The notes below the pieces were generated by a model. That model was not told where the DNA came from. It made no database searches and saw only the letters and a program-made list of their open reading frames with translations. This document shows positions 46,270-59,564 of a stretch of 64,000 nucleotides of DNA, one piece after another. Made by a program: the position numbers and the translations under genes. Numbering within the stretch: the stretch's first letter is position 1; each line of letters starts with the position of its first letter. Source of the DNA: Lama guanicoe (taxonomy: Eukaryota); contig MU053810.1 in the NCBI GenBank assembly GCA_013239625.1, forward strand, positions 4,806,071 through 4,870,070. Reading direction: 5' to 3'.

Positions 46270-48760
46270 TTTCACGGCTTCAGGATTTACGCTGAAGTAT
46301 TTGATTTCTTTTGAGGTGGTTTTTGTAGATGGTACAAGAAAGGATTCCAGTATGATTCTTGTGCATGCAACTGTCCAGTTTTCACCACATCATTTATTGA
46401 AGAGGCTGTCTTTTTCCCCATTGTATGTTCTCACCGCCTTTGTTACAGATGAAGTGACCATATAAGTGTGGGTTTATGTCTGGGCTCTCAGTTCTGTTCC
46501 ATAGATCTCTGTGGATTTCTTTTGTGTCAATACCATGCTGTTCCAATTCTAGGTCTGTAGCATAGTTTGAAATCAGGGACGTTTGCTACGTCCAAGTTTG
46601 TGCTTCTTTCTTAAGATGGTATTGACTCTTCAGGTTCTTTTGTGTTTCCATATACATTTCAGAATTTTTTCTTCTAGTTCTCTGAAAACTCCCATTGGTA
46701 TTTTGATCGGGTTGGCATCAAGTCTCTAGTTGCCTTGTGGTGTGGAATCATTTTAACAATGCACATTCTTCCAGTCCATGAGCATGGTGTATCTTTCCAT
46801 TTGTTTGTGTTGTCTTCAGTTTCTTTCATCAGTGTCATCCAGTCTTCTGAGAACAGATCTTTCACCTCCTGGGTTAGATGTATTCCTGGGTATTTCAGTT
46901 TTGTTAATGTCATTGTCCGAGGGGTTGTTTTTCTTACTTTCTCATTCTGATAGTTTGTTGTGAATGTATAGAAATGCAACTGATTTCTGTAGAGTAACTT
47001 TGTATCCTGTAACTTAACTGAATTTTCAGGTGAAGTCTATTTGTAATTGGATGTCATTAGGATTTTATGTACAGAGTATCATGTCATCTACAATCAGTGA
47101 CAGTTTTATTTTTTCCTGCCACTGGATTCCTTTGACTTATTTTTTATTTTTTTCATCTAATTACTATGGCTAGGACTTCCTAGACCATGTCACATGGATG
47201 TGGTGAGAGTGGTCAGGGCTAGAGTTAGGTTTAAGCATAACTGGCCCTCTTCCCCTTCCTCCCACTCCAAATCTCAGGCCTCCAAGAAGGACAGCACTAG
47301 TCCAAGGTCACACAAGACTCAGGGAGTTGAGCTGGACCTTTGTTTTTCTGCTGCCAAGTCTTGGGCATAATTGGATATGCTATCTGTGTATCTTCTTTGG
47401 CCAGGTGTCCCTTTCAATCTTTCCCTATTTTTAATGAGGTTGTTGGTGTTAAGAATTCTTTGAATATTTGAGACAAATCCTTTATTGGATATGTGTTTGC
47501 AAATATTTTCCTCCTGATTTGTGACTTGTCTTTAGATTTTCTGAATAAGGTCTTTCACAGAGTAGAAACCTTTAATTTTATAAGGTCCATGATATTCCTT
47601 GTTTTCCTTTGTGGATTGCCTTTTTGTCTTGTGTGTTAAAACTGAAAGCTCATGATCTACTGTACCAAACCCAAGCTCATGTCAATTTTCTTCTATGTTT
47701 TCTTCTATAATTTTGCATAGTTTTTCATTTTCAGTGAATTTGATGTACATTAAAGTCTGCGTCTACATTCATTTCATTTCATAAAGTTGTCGATGAGTTG
47801 TTCCTTAATTATTTTGGAGAAGTTACAGGATATTTGACTCCGTTTCAAGTTGAATTTTCAAAGTTTAATGGATTCAGCAGGTCTGCCACCAAGGGTCGCT
47901 GTCTCTGGTGAACTGTGAAGGAGGCCTGGCCTGAACTTCCCGCATTGCCCACAGCGGGGCGCTGAGCCTGCCTCTGACTCATAGCGCATGCGCTTTCCAC
48001 CTGGGACAGGGCTCTGAGCATAGAGGAAAGTTCTGTCTCTCAGGCACCGCCTGGGCTTGGGGAAACCAAAATGTCAGCATCTGTGCTGATCCAAGGTGAA
48101 GTCTCCTGTGGACCCACCGGGGTTTTAGCTTCCGGACAACATGGGGCTGAGTCTGTGCTGGGTTCTTGGCCTTTTTATCATAAATGAACTGACCCCGCCC
48201 GTGTGGGTTGATTTCTGGGCTCTCTGGTCCATGCAGCTGTTTGGGTCCCAATTCCACACTTTTTGGTGACTATAGCTTTGTAATGTAATGTGACGTCGAG
48301 AAGCGAGATGCCTCCAGCCTGTTCTTCCTTCTCAAGGTTGCTTTGACTATTCAGGGTCCTTTGTGATTTGGTTTCACACAAAAATTAGGGTGATTATCCT
48401 GTATTTCTGCGAAGAATACACTGCTAGTTTGGTAGGGATTGCATTCACTATGTCCATGGCTTTGAGTAGAATGGACATTTTAACCATATTAATCTTCCAT
48501 TCCATGAGAACATCTGATAATCTATTTGTGTCTTTTTCAGTTTCTTCATCAACCTTTTAAAGTTTTCAGTGTGCAGGTCTTTCCTATCCTCGCTTAAACT
48601 GAGTCCTAGGTATTTTGTTCTTTTGGATGCAATTGTAAATAGGGTTTTTTTTTTCCTGTTTCTGGTGGGTCATTATTAATGTTTAGAAATGCAGTTGATT
48701 TTTATGTAGTGATTGTGTAACTTTACTGAATTCACTTATTTCTCATAGTTTTTCGGTGGA
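46270..48760 (-). mobile_element. Cluster of LINE-1 ORF2 fragments (46270-47210, 47370-47800, 48180-48760)
   Basis: ORF-track peptides KYPGIHLTQEVKDLFSE...NKWKDTPCSWTGR and NLEKEEQAGGISLLDVTLHYKAIVTK are L1 ORF2. Confidence 0.85.
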
Positions 48761-51700
48761 ATGAGGTAGTAAATTGCAATTCAGACATCCCACTGTTTCT
48801 ACTGCATCCAGGTTGCCCACAACACGGAAGCCCCAGGGTGGATTACGGAGCTGGCTGCGCGCTGCCGGGTAATTGAATAGCCCCTCGGGATGGTTCCGTT
48901 CCCAGCATCCGGGTCACTGGGACAAATGCCTCCTCCCTCACTGCCTCTTAGCCTTCCGAGAGAAGGAATAACCCTCCAAATGTTGAGTGTGGCCCCGGTC
49001 GTGACAACCACAGACAGACTTCCTGCAGCCCTTTGACCTTCTGGTTGTAACAAAGATTGACATTCCTATGTGTTGAGAATCAAAGGTATGGAAGCATCTG
49101 GGCCTCCTAAGAGGCAGTTTCACGTTGAGACCATATGGTCTTGGGGAGGTATGTGCACCCCTGTAGTCTCTGGAAAGCTGCCAACTGTGGTATCGTGTGT
49201 GGTATAAAATAATCCTTGGTACTCCCACTGCTTCATTGAGCAAGAATCTCCTTACCACCCTAGCATTGGGTCTCTGCTCTCCATAGAGAGAAGAGATTGG
49301 AAAGTGAGCAGATGTGTTCTTCCTGGGCGGGTGGCTCATATGGCCGGGGGATGCCTGGGCCCCCACCTCCCAGGGACAGGAACGAGGTCTGTGTCCCTTC
49401 CAAGGGCACACAGGCTATTCTTGGCCAGGCTCTGTGATGTGAGGACCTGATGCCCAAGGCAGGAGCCTTGAGTTTACCACCAACAGCCAAGTTGCTTTTT
49501 TAGCAAGTGGAAGAACTTCTTGCCATCTCGGGAGGACAGCAGGGGCACTGGGTGGGCAGCTGCAGCCCTGCCCCAAAGTGAACCCCTTCTTGCCTTGGGC
49601 TTCAGGTCAATGGCTGTGCGCTGGGCTGACCGTGGCCCCCCAGTGGGGAAGAAGGAAAATGTCCTTTGCTTCCCCAAGGGCACCGGGCCTCCTTCCTCTG
49701 GCCCACACACCCCTGCTCCCTCTTCTTTTGCCCCACCATTTAGTCTTTTCAGAATTTCACCCTTTCGTGTTTGTTTTAACCTAAGCCCCCCTGTCACAGG
49801 TAGGGCTTTGAAGGCCTCGGACATCACAGGCTGCAAGGTCCTGCCCCCTTGCAGTGGGAACCGCCAGGCCAGCCATGGTCTCAAGTGTGACCACGCCTGA
49901 CAGTTAACTGTGGCCTGGGCGGGGGCCAAGACTTTGCTGGAAAAGCTCCCCGGGTGGGTCTGAAGCTCTGCCAGGTAGGAAAGGGCTGAGGTGATGGGGG
50001 GCAGCTCTCCCAACAAGGCCCAGCTGGTGGCCCTGCAGCCCCGCCTGGCTCCTCACCTTCGCAGGGTGTCAGTGACCTGCTCTTGTGAGTCCTGGTGGCT
50101 GGGGGTTTGAGGAGCCATTGACCTGAGAATATTTGTTCTTCGAGCAGCAGGGCCAAGGTGGGGAGCCGGCCTAGGTCAGAGAGGTGGCGGGGGCAGGGGA
50201 GCCGGGAGCCCCGGCTAGAGGGGCCCCCAGAGGAGGAGGGCAGAGGTGGTGGGTCTGAGGCCCTGGTGCCGCCTGCATCCCCCGCAGCTTGGAGGCCCAG
50301 TGCCAGTTCTGAGGCACCTTCAACTTTCTTTGTGAGACAGTCAGGGGTTCTTGCTCCCTCCCTCCCCACACACTCTTAAGGGCCCCATGTAGGGAATCCT
50401 GTCTGGTGCGCCCATTTCGGAAAACGTGTGTGAGCTCCATGCTTGGTTTCCAGAAACCCTGTTCCCTGAAGAGGGAGCGTGTCATCCGGAAGAAACTCAC
50501 CCCTCCCCGGGGGTGACTGCTCCCCTCCAAGAATAAAGGATACCCCAAATGCTGTGGGACCCCCAAAACAGAGAACCTGTGTGCTGGGGGGAAGGGCGGG
50601 AAGGAGACCCCCACAGGAGAGCTGTCATCACAGCTGAGAGTTGACGGACCCACGGGGAGTAACGAGGCAGAAAGGTGGGTAAAGAGGATGCTGCGTGCGT
50701 GTCCTCTGGGGGCCCAAGCAGTCCACCGTCTTGGGGGCACTGGGAGCCTGGGGAGCAGCCTGTGGGTGCCAGGGGAGACGGGGTCCCGGCCACTGTGCTC
50801 AGGGCCTTGGTCTAACAATGAGTCTCGCTCAACCAGCCCCTGAGATAGTGGCCCTTTGCCCTTGAGGAGGCCCTGGCCACCACCACCTGAAGTCTCTGGG
50901 GCTCTTGAGAGCATGGCCGCCCCCACTGTTGACCTGCCTCGAGAACCACCCTGGGGCTGCTGGGGTGCTTGGAGCCCGCAGGGGCGCCAAGTAGGCTGGC
51001 GCCCCCTCCTGGGCAGCAGGGGAGCTGGAGACGTGGGGTCCACGCGGAGAAGCAGGAGCTGGACCCATGCTACTTGGCAGGGCTGGTGCCTGAGGGGAGG
51101 AGCAGAGGCGATGTCACAAAAAGGAGGTTGGAACCAAAATAAGAAAGACCTTGCATTAGTAAGCAACAAAGGGAGCAATTTTCCTGGTAGGCAGAAGGGA
51201 AATGTGAGTGGATTTTAAGAAGAAAAGTAACACGATTTGCATCTTGAAAAGCATTTCGGAAGTGGTGCAGGGAGGTGGGCAGGCTCATGGGTGTGAACTG
51301 CTGCTGCGCGGAAGCTAAGGGGCTGGATCACCGAGGCTGACACAGACTCCATCTGGTCCTAAATGGAGGTGTGGGGACTGTGTTTCCACTGGGCCTGGAG
51401 TCTCACTTCTCTTGCCCCTTTGTTCCACCTTCGCCTTCTGCAACATGGAAACATCCTGCTCGCCCACGGATGACGCTCCCGAGAGGGAAATCTCTGAATT
51501 CCACCCGCATTCGGCATTGCTTATGCAGCCAAGCACCTGGCCCTCGTTCTGTTGCCATGGTGATACCAGGTGCTGCTGGCAAGATGGCACTGAGAAACAC
51601 AATATTAAAAAAAAGAAAAGAAAGAAAGATTTTGTTTTTTTTTTTTTAAACTGGAGACCAAAGTTTTGAAAAATTAGCTCAATTACACCAAAGCCTAAGG

Positions 51701-53639
51701 AAGGACAGATCTCCTGGCAAATGCCTTGATGCTCCTCCAGCTTTCTCCCAGAACCAGTCCTGCGGGGTGGCCACACCATCTACCGCCCTGGGGCTCTAAC
51801 CACCCCTCTAATTGGTCAGGGCAGAACCGTCCTGCCTTACCTGCTTCCAAAGAGGGTGCCGCCCACTTCTGGTTCCCCCTGCGGTGAGAACCCCAGCTAG
51901 TTCTGGGAAGAAAAGCCCAGTCCCTTCGGGCAGAGGCCTGTGCGACCGGCAGCCAGTTGGCAAGCACAGAAAACACTTAGAACATTGGGTACCCGGCAGC
52001 CTCTGCACCTCGCGCGAGCCGTTGTCATCACACGTGCAGGGATGTCAAAGAACTCCCTCTGCTGTCCTTCTCTGTTCTTTCTGAGCCCTGATTTTAGACA
52101 CTGGAGTCGGGGCTGGGGAGAGGCTGCAGCTGACCCTTCTTTATTCAAGGACATCTGATTCACCCTAGGAGTCAGGGTGGGAATGTGGGGCTTAAGCCAG
52201 AGACTGCATTGCTGTGTCCAGTGGCTCCAGCAGGTTGGGGGCAGGGCTGGGGGGACTGGGGCAGCCAGAAAGCCTGTGCTCTCTCTACAAGGAGTGGCAG
52301 CTACTTTGTCATTATTGCTCTGTGGGAATGTGGGCTCAGTGCTGCCCGATCTTCCAGTTTCAGAAGAAGCTGGATTTTTACATGACATATTTTTGAGCAC
52401 CAGGGACATTCTTACTATGGCCACAGGCAAGCAATCAGTCCACTAAGACGGCACGAGATGAAAATAATTAGGTAAGGGGCAGGCTGGAGAAAGCAATCAG
52501 GATCCTGAGCTGGAGGGCATGCCTGTGAAGTGTGCGTGGAAAAGGACGAGGAGCGAGGTGAGCTCCCGGTCCTTCAGTCCGCAGCTCCTTCTCAGCAGGA
52601 CAAGGAGCCCAGGGAAGGAAGTTTGAATACTTAAACTACAAATTTTATGATTTGAGAGCTTTCTTTGTCTGATGTCAATTCAGATGGGCTGGAGGCAAGG
52701 GAAGATTATGGTTTCCCAACATTTAAAATGTTACTTATCCTAGAAACATAATAGTGTTCATTTTAAAAAAAAAGAACAAAGCTGTGTTTCTGCTTTTGTG
52801 TTTTGATGCGTGGGGAAGTGCCCTGGTTTGAGTTTTTGCTCTGTTCTCCCCGGGTGAGAAATCCACACGCGTAAGGAGGTGACTCTGCTCCTTTGGTCTT
52901 TGCGGGTGAATCCTTCTCCCTTTGAACGATGTTTTCCCAAGATGGGGAGGGGAGGTGTCTGCTAACCGCTAATAGTCAACCATTAGGAACCACCAAGTCT
53001 GAAATCAAAGTCCTGGCTTCCTTCATTATTCCACAGCTAAAGGTTCTACGGGGCTAGATTTAGGTTTTTCAGAACAGGTCGATCATGGAAAATGGGAAGG
53101 AAATAAATTGGATGTTTCTCCTTTCTTCTAAGAATTCAGGAGAAGGAAAAATTTGGAAGATTAAAAGATAAAAAAGCCTCCGTAGCCTAAGGGACACTTT
53201 AATAGACATCCTCACATCAGTCACGTTGGCCAGAATAAATAGATCATGGACACATTACATTTAAAGCTTTCTCTGGCTGCTTGAAAAATGAAATGAAGGA
53301 GACTGGTTTTTTTGGTCAACAGTATAGTCTAAAACGTTTGTTGCCTGGGTTAGCAGGATTTGAGTTTCTAGTGATTGAGAGTAACCACAGAAAAGTGAAA
53401 TATTGTCCAGTTACCTGGCTTCACAGCGGTTCTGGCTGGTTTTAGTCCATAGATATCTATTCTCTGGTTCTTAGATAAAGGCTCCTCTAAGCAAATTCTC
53501 CAGAGGCTCTTGTGTGACTCTGTGAGCTACTAGGAGTCTTGAGTTGACTTTCAAAGCCACAGAGGAAGTGGCACCAAGACGCCTGATTCTTCCTCCCCCT
53601 TTCTTATCGAAAAGCAGCCTTCTAGTGTTCTCAAAAATA

Positions 53640-53952
53640 GAATAAGGGGAGACAGACACACAGACATAGAAAACAAACTTGTGGCTACCAGTGGAGGAAG
53701 GTAGGGTAGGGAGGGGTAAATTGGGAGTTCAGGATTTGCAGATACTAACTACTGTATATAAAACAGATGAACAACAAGGTCACTGTGTAGCACACAGAAC
53801 TGTATTCAATACCTTGTAATGGCCTATAATGAAAAAAAAATATGAAAATGTATATATATATATGCGTATATATATTATATATATGAATTACTATGCTGTA
53901 CACAGAAATTAACACTATATTGTAGATCAACTATACTTCAATTTAAAAAATT
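53640..53952 (+). mobile_element. LINE-1 3'-end fragment with (TA)n insert; a similar fragment lies at 57035-57430
   Basis: cagacatagaaaacaaacttgtggctaccag...actaactactgtatataaaacagatgaacaacaaggtc...caactatacttcaatttaaaaaa. Confidence 0.75.
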
Positions 53953-54559
53953 GAAAAGGAAAATTATCATTTGGGTACATCGAACTGTGTATACCATGAA
54001 AATGTTTACTTTTTTGGCACAAAAATGATAATGATAAAGTTATAAATCTACCTTTCTGATTTATATGAATAGAAACTGTAACCATATGAGAAAACAGAAT
54101 CACCATAAGTAAGGGTCAGTAGAAATATCAGATTAAAGAACTGAAGGTTAAAGATGAAAGAATGAGACCTGGTAAAATGGAAGCGATGGCAAGTATCAGA
54201 CCCAAAACATAACAGCAGCAGCAAACACACGTCACAGTAGCTATGAGGCAGAGATTAGTCTGTCCTTCATTCCACATGTGCGGAAACGGGCACAGAGAAG
54301 TTAGGTAGCTGTTCAAACTCACCCAATTTGTAAACGGCAGAGTCTAGGTCTGTTTCTAGAATTCATGCTAACATCAACACGTTTAACGTTTCATAGACCA
54401 AAAAAAGGGGGGCTCAGAATGTGATCCAAACAAAAGGGATCTCCAGATTGCCTAGAAAGATCCCAGAAGGTGGGCCTGGAGTGTAAGGAGCAATAGTGCT
54501 CAGTGAAAATGGTAAGTGTGTGAGTAGCCCGAGGCACTGAAATTGACTATAAAATGACA

Positions 54560-55860
54560 ACGATGACGTCCAACTATGGAGTAAAAATAAAAATTAAATT
54601 CTAGGAAATGACAGGATATAAAGTGAGCAAGGACAGGTAGAATTAAATATGCTTACATCTTTGTACAGCTGTTTATTCATTTTACACTTATTTAGTATGC
54701 ATATTCAAGTTCCTCAGGGGGCATCTACTAAAAGGGTAGAAATTTGGTAGGGGAAAATGGAAAGGGGAAAAAAAATCAATCCAAATTAAGGAAAGGGGAA
54801 GAAAGGGTGAAAGGAAAATAAAACAAGAAAAAGCAGGCAATGCACCAGACGGAAACAAATCAAGGTCAACAGATGGTAGAAACAAATCAATAAGCACAGT
54901 CAACGTGAAAGACTAATCGTGGAGGTAAAATGATCGTTAGACTAACTGAGAAACGTGAAAGAAAGGGGAACGACATGCAGCTCTGTGTTGTTTGTAAGGA
55001 CAAGCTTGACATAGACATAGAAAGGTTAAAGATTAAAGGATGGGGAAAATATACCAAATAAATACAAAACAAAGCTAGTATAGCTATATTAATATAAGAC
55101 AAAATACAAAATGGGCTTTAAGTAAAAATCGATGAAAAGAATCAGTAGGACATGGTAAAAAGCTTAATCATCACGTAATCACAAGTGTCTTTAAAAAAGA
55201 GAGGCAGGAAGTTAAAGCAATTCTAAATTTGTAAGACAGACTTAAAAAAAAGTCTCCAAAAATAAAACCAACCAACCAAAAGAACAAGGGGAAAGTGACT
55301 AATCTACCATCCCAGTGGGCAGCCATCCTTGGTAATTGATTGACCTCTAAAAGTCAAAAAGGGTAAAGATTTGCAAATCTCAGTGGGCGTACATAGAGTG
55401 GTGTCTGCATTACAACTGGAGAGTGTTTCCCAAACCCACATAGAGCATTCATCAAAACTGTGTACTAGTCTAGACAATTTGCAAAGAGCCAGGATCATGG
55501 GAACCACATACTCCCCTCTGCACCACGATGCAGTTGAGTTTGGAAAAAAATTATAAAAAGATAAGCTAGAAAAACCCTTGTGTCTTTGGGAAATTGAAAA
55601 TATACTTCTAAACAACCCATGTGTCCAGAAAAAAAATCACAGAGGAAATTTAAAAATACTCAGCATTGCAACTTGTTTGATATAGCTTATACCATTTGGA
55701 GGGAAAAGTACAACCTTAAATGATATTTCAAAAGAGAAAGGACAGAAAACAAATGAACTGAGCTCCTTAGCCTAAGCAATCAACTTGAGAAATTAAGAAG
55801 AGAAGAGAATGACACCACCCCCTCTCTCCTCTAGAAAGAAACAAAAATTAAAGACATCAT
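54560..55860 (+). mobile_element. Highly degraded old LINE-1 (ORF2 endonuclease region)
   Basis: A-rich. Contains gaaaggttaaagattaaaggatggggaaaatatacc, agctatattaatataagacaaaata and cttctaaacaacccatg. Confidence 0.6.
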
Positions 55861-57449
55861 TATGAAATTCATGAGGAATCTCATAGGACCTGGAAGAGAC
55901 TGGGTAAGAAGAATGAGGAAGGGACGATTTCCATCAATATTTATAATGTATGTTAGGCAGGACCAATGGACTAGAGGAAACCAGTGAAATCAAGTAGTGA
56001 GTGCCACAGCCTCGCACATGTACGGGGATGTGACACATGACAAAGCTGCCATTGCGCACCAGTGGGGAAATGGGTCACCATTAAGTATGTGGGATTAGGA
56101 CCATAGGATAAAAAATACAGATCTTTACCTCACCAAGTGCAAAACAATCAGTCATGTGGATCAAGATCCTTTTCTCTCAAGGATGTCCAGTTTTAGATAA
56201 AAAATTATGTAGTGACCCTATATCCAACCACACGACCTTCCCCCCTCACTCTAGGCTTTCCGCAAGATCTTCATTCATTCAACATGTTTTCTGTGCACCT
56301 GCCCACTCTGTTCCTGCCACTGTTCCAGGCATTTGGGATATGACCGCAAACCAGAGATCTCTGCCATGGTGGGGTTTACAGTCTGGATGACTAACACATA
56401 CGGCCTTTACTCTGCGTCAGGCACGTTCTAAGCCGTGACGTTACCGCATTGAATCCTCGGTAGATGCTGCTGTTGTTACGTGTAAGTGGCAGAGCTAGGG
56501 TTTGACATCGATCTGTCTGCCCTCAGGATATCAGCTGCTAACTGTTACATTACACCACCTCTTCAGCCTAGGTGACGGTTTTGCTTGAGTATCTAAGTGT
56601 GGTGATGCGAAGACATCCATTGTTTGTCATGAGTTGGCTTTTTTACGACTCTAGAGCGGTGCTGGACACGGACCACCCAACCTTGGATGAGTTGAGAAAA
56701 AGCTGCTCAAACCATCCTCAGGGTTGTGTGGTTCCGATGAGAATTCTTGGTTGAGAAAGGCTGTAAAGACGATCTTTTAGGGGCCAGAGTGCTGAAGAGG
56801 AGCCCTACTGAGCTGCATCTCTGCTCTGATGTTGTCCGTTAAGTCCTTTCCTAAAGAATGACAGTGCTCGTTGTCATGGTAGCAGCTGTCAGAAACTCAG
56901 CTGCTTAAGCATCATGGAGAAAGTTAAGACTGAATCAAGTTCTTGGCCTCTGCCTCCTTAGGTTTGGTATGTTTAAGGTTAACCTATACGAGAAAGAAAG
57001 TATGTCTTTAGAATATAGTCATTTAAACTTTTCTTTTTGCCATTTGCAGCAACATGGATGGGCTTGGAAGGTATTATGCTGAGAAATGTCAGAGAAACAC
57101 AAATACTGTGTGGTATTACTTACATGTGGAATCTAAAAAATACAACAAACCAGTGTATACAATAGAAAAGAAACAGACACAGAGGACAAACTAATGGTTA
57201 CCAGTGGTGGGGAGGAGAGAGGGGAGGGACACGACAGGGTTAGGGGATTAAAAAGTACAATTTATTAGCCTATAAAACAAGCTACAAGGATATATTGTCC
57301 AACATGGAGAATACAGCAAATATTTTATAGCTACAATTGGAGTATAACCTTTAAAAATTGTGAATCTCTATATGGTACAGCTGTAATTTAAATAATATTC
57401 TACATCAGCTATTCTTCAATTAAAAAAAAATTTGGTAGATCACGGTTGT

Positions 57450-57935
57450 CCAAGATGAATAATGCCCCCCAAAGCTACACAGGTCCTCATGCCCAGGACC
57501 TGTAAATCCCATAACCTTATATAGAAAAAGGGATTTTGCAGATGTGATTAGGTCAAGGATCTCGGGAAGAGGAGAGTATCCTGGATGATCAGGGTAGGTC
57601 CTAAATGTAATCGTGCCTTTATGAGAGAGGCAGAGGGAGATCTGACTGCAGGAGAGGGTAACGTGACAAGTGAAGCAGGAAGCTAGGGCACTGGCTCTGA
57701 AGACAGAGGAAGGGGCCGTGAGCCAAGGAGTGCAAGGGATGTAGCCCTAGAAGCTGGAAAAGGACACAGCAGCTTGTCCCCGAGAGCTTCCGGGGGAGCA
57801 TCACCCTACCTTGATTTCAATTCAGTGAAACTGACTTTGAACTTCTGACCTCCAGAAATATAAGCACATAAATGTGTGCTGTTTTAAGCCGGTCAATTTG
57901 TGGATTTGTTAACAGCGATGATAGGAAATTCATAC
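57450..57935 (+). mobile_element. MLT1 (MaLR) solo LTR
   Basis: gggattttgcagatgtgattaggtcaaggatct...ctagaagctggaaaagg...gaacttctgacctccagaa...tgttttaagcc. Confidence 0.8.
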
Positions 57936-58759
57936 AAAGTTGTTTATATTGAAAAACCCGTCTCTCATAGACAGGGTAGGAGGGTTAGCAGAGACTGGGA
58001 TGTAAAGAGGTAAATAGAATGGCCTCTGGAGGAGGAAGGTGTATAGCATCTCCGCTTGGGTTCAGTGCCCACCTGGCGGGAGGATCCTGCACCGAGGCCC
58101 TGGGGAGCTGGTTGCAGGTCTGGCTTTGCTCGGTGAGCACCAGAGGGCTGGCAGCCAGTGGTCTCCTCTCTGCTGCTGATGCGGTCGGTGCCTGGCGATG
58201 GTCTGGATAGAGGCAGCTCTACCACCCTCTGTCCAGAGTGGAGAAGACAGGGAGCAGTGCTGCAGCTGACCCACGAAGGGGACACAAGAAAGGGAGAAAC
58301 ATTTCCTGCTGTGAGCCCCTGAGCTCGTATTTGTTACTGCAGCACAACCCAACTTAACCTGAGGGATAAAAGTGAGAGGAATGAATGAAATATCCTTTGG
58401 GCCTTGAACCTAACTTCTCTTTTATGTATAAAAAGTATTTTGATAGTTTTAATGATACACTGGCTTTTCTATTCATATGCATGAAAACTAAGGAAAGAAT
58501 GTATTTTATTTTGTTCCAAACGTAACCGAGAACCATTATCATGTAAGTTAAATGTTATCTGTGTCCATGAGTGAAGCTGGGCCAATGGAAACATTCACAA
58601 AAGATCCCTGCCAGACATAGCGAGGAAAAAAAAAAAAAAAGAAGGGGATGTTTAGAATAGGTAATTTTTTTAAAAGTCCGGACCAATTAAGGCAGTTATA
58701 AGTGGATGACATTCAAATATATGTATGTATATGTATACTAGAATGAGTTTCAAGCCATG

Positions 58760-59564
58760 CAAAGTTCACCAAAACAATTTTTATTTCCAGTGTTTAATTG
58801 GGTATGCACACAGGCATGACACAGGTTTGGATCCATTAAGTCCTCATGCAGAATTATATTCTTCTCCATAAAGAAGCCAGTTCCATCCAGATCACTATCT
58901 ACACACCTATGTTACAACATTTATATCAAATCTGGTATCTGAAGAAAAGATACACATATAATATGTTCATTTAAGTTACGTATTTTACAGAAAGATTAAA
59001 AATTCAAGTCACACAAAACTCAAAAACTGTATTAAAAGTTTGAATATAAAACTCAGAGATCCGCCTGGAATGACTAAAGAATGGAAGTTCTGTATCCACC
59101 TGTGTTAAAACTGGTAAATGTAATGAAACTTGTTACCAATCGGACGCATTTGTTTACTCATTGTAAGTTACCTAATTTTAACAGTATGGCACCCTAAAAA
59201 CCAAATGTGTTTTTATGATGAGGCACTTCTGTTAGTGATGAGATCAAAAGAACAGGCTTGCTGCATCCTGGTGACAGCTATTTTCTTCAGTAATCTTGGG
59301 TATTACACTATGTGGTGAGTTGCAACAAATACCTTCCTCATTTGTATACAACTATCCAATATATTTTTAAATATATATATATATATATTTATATATGTTC
59401 TTCTGGCTGTAGTAATGCACTGTAAAGCTCTTTCACAGTGCAAAATGATGAAACCAGCCCAAATGAAGGCTGCATAATAACAATTCTGGTACAAGAAAAT
59501 ATTTACAGAGTGACCGGAACGTGTAACAGTAGCTCTGATTCGCTCGAGGGGACGTACCCCCAGT
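58760..59564 (-). other. ARHGAP21: ARHGAP21 3'UTR (end approximate)
   Basis: AT-rich sequence after the stop. Minus-strand ATTAAA (58793-58798) and AATAAA (58780-58785). A further AATAAA lies at 58505-58510. Confidence 0.7.
58780..58785 (-). terminator. Polyadenylation signal AATAAA (ARHGAP21)
   Basis: tttatt on the + strand, ~780 nt past the stop codon. Confidence 0.6.

Noticed and set aside
48938..52446. Cluster of 150-335-aa ORFs, including 50171..51178
   Set aside because: GC-rich intergenic DNA with few stop codons. Low-complexity Pro/Gly/Arg translations on both strands, with no coherent exon structure or recognisable homology.
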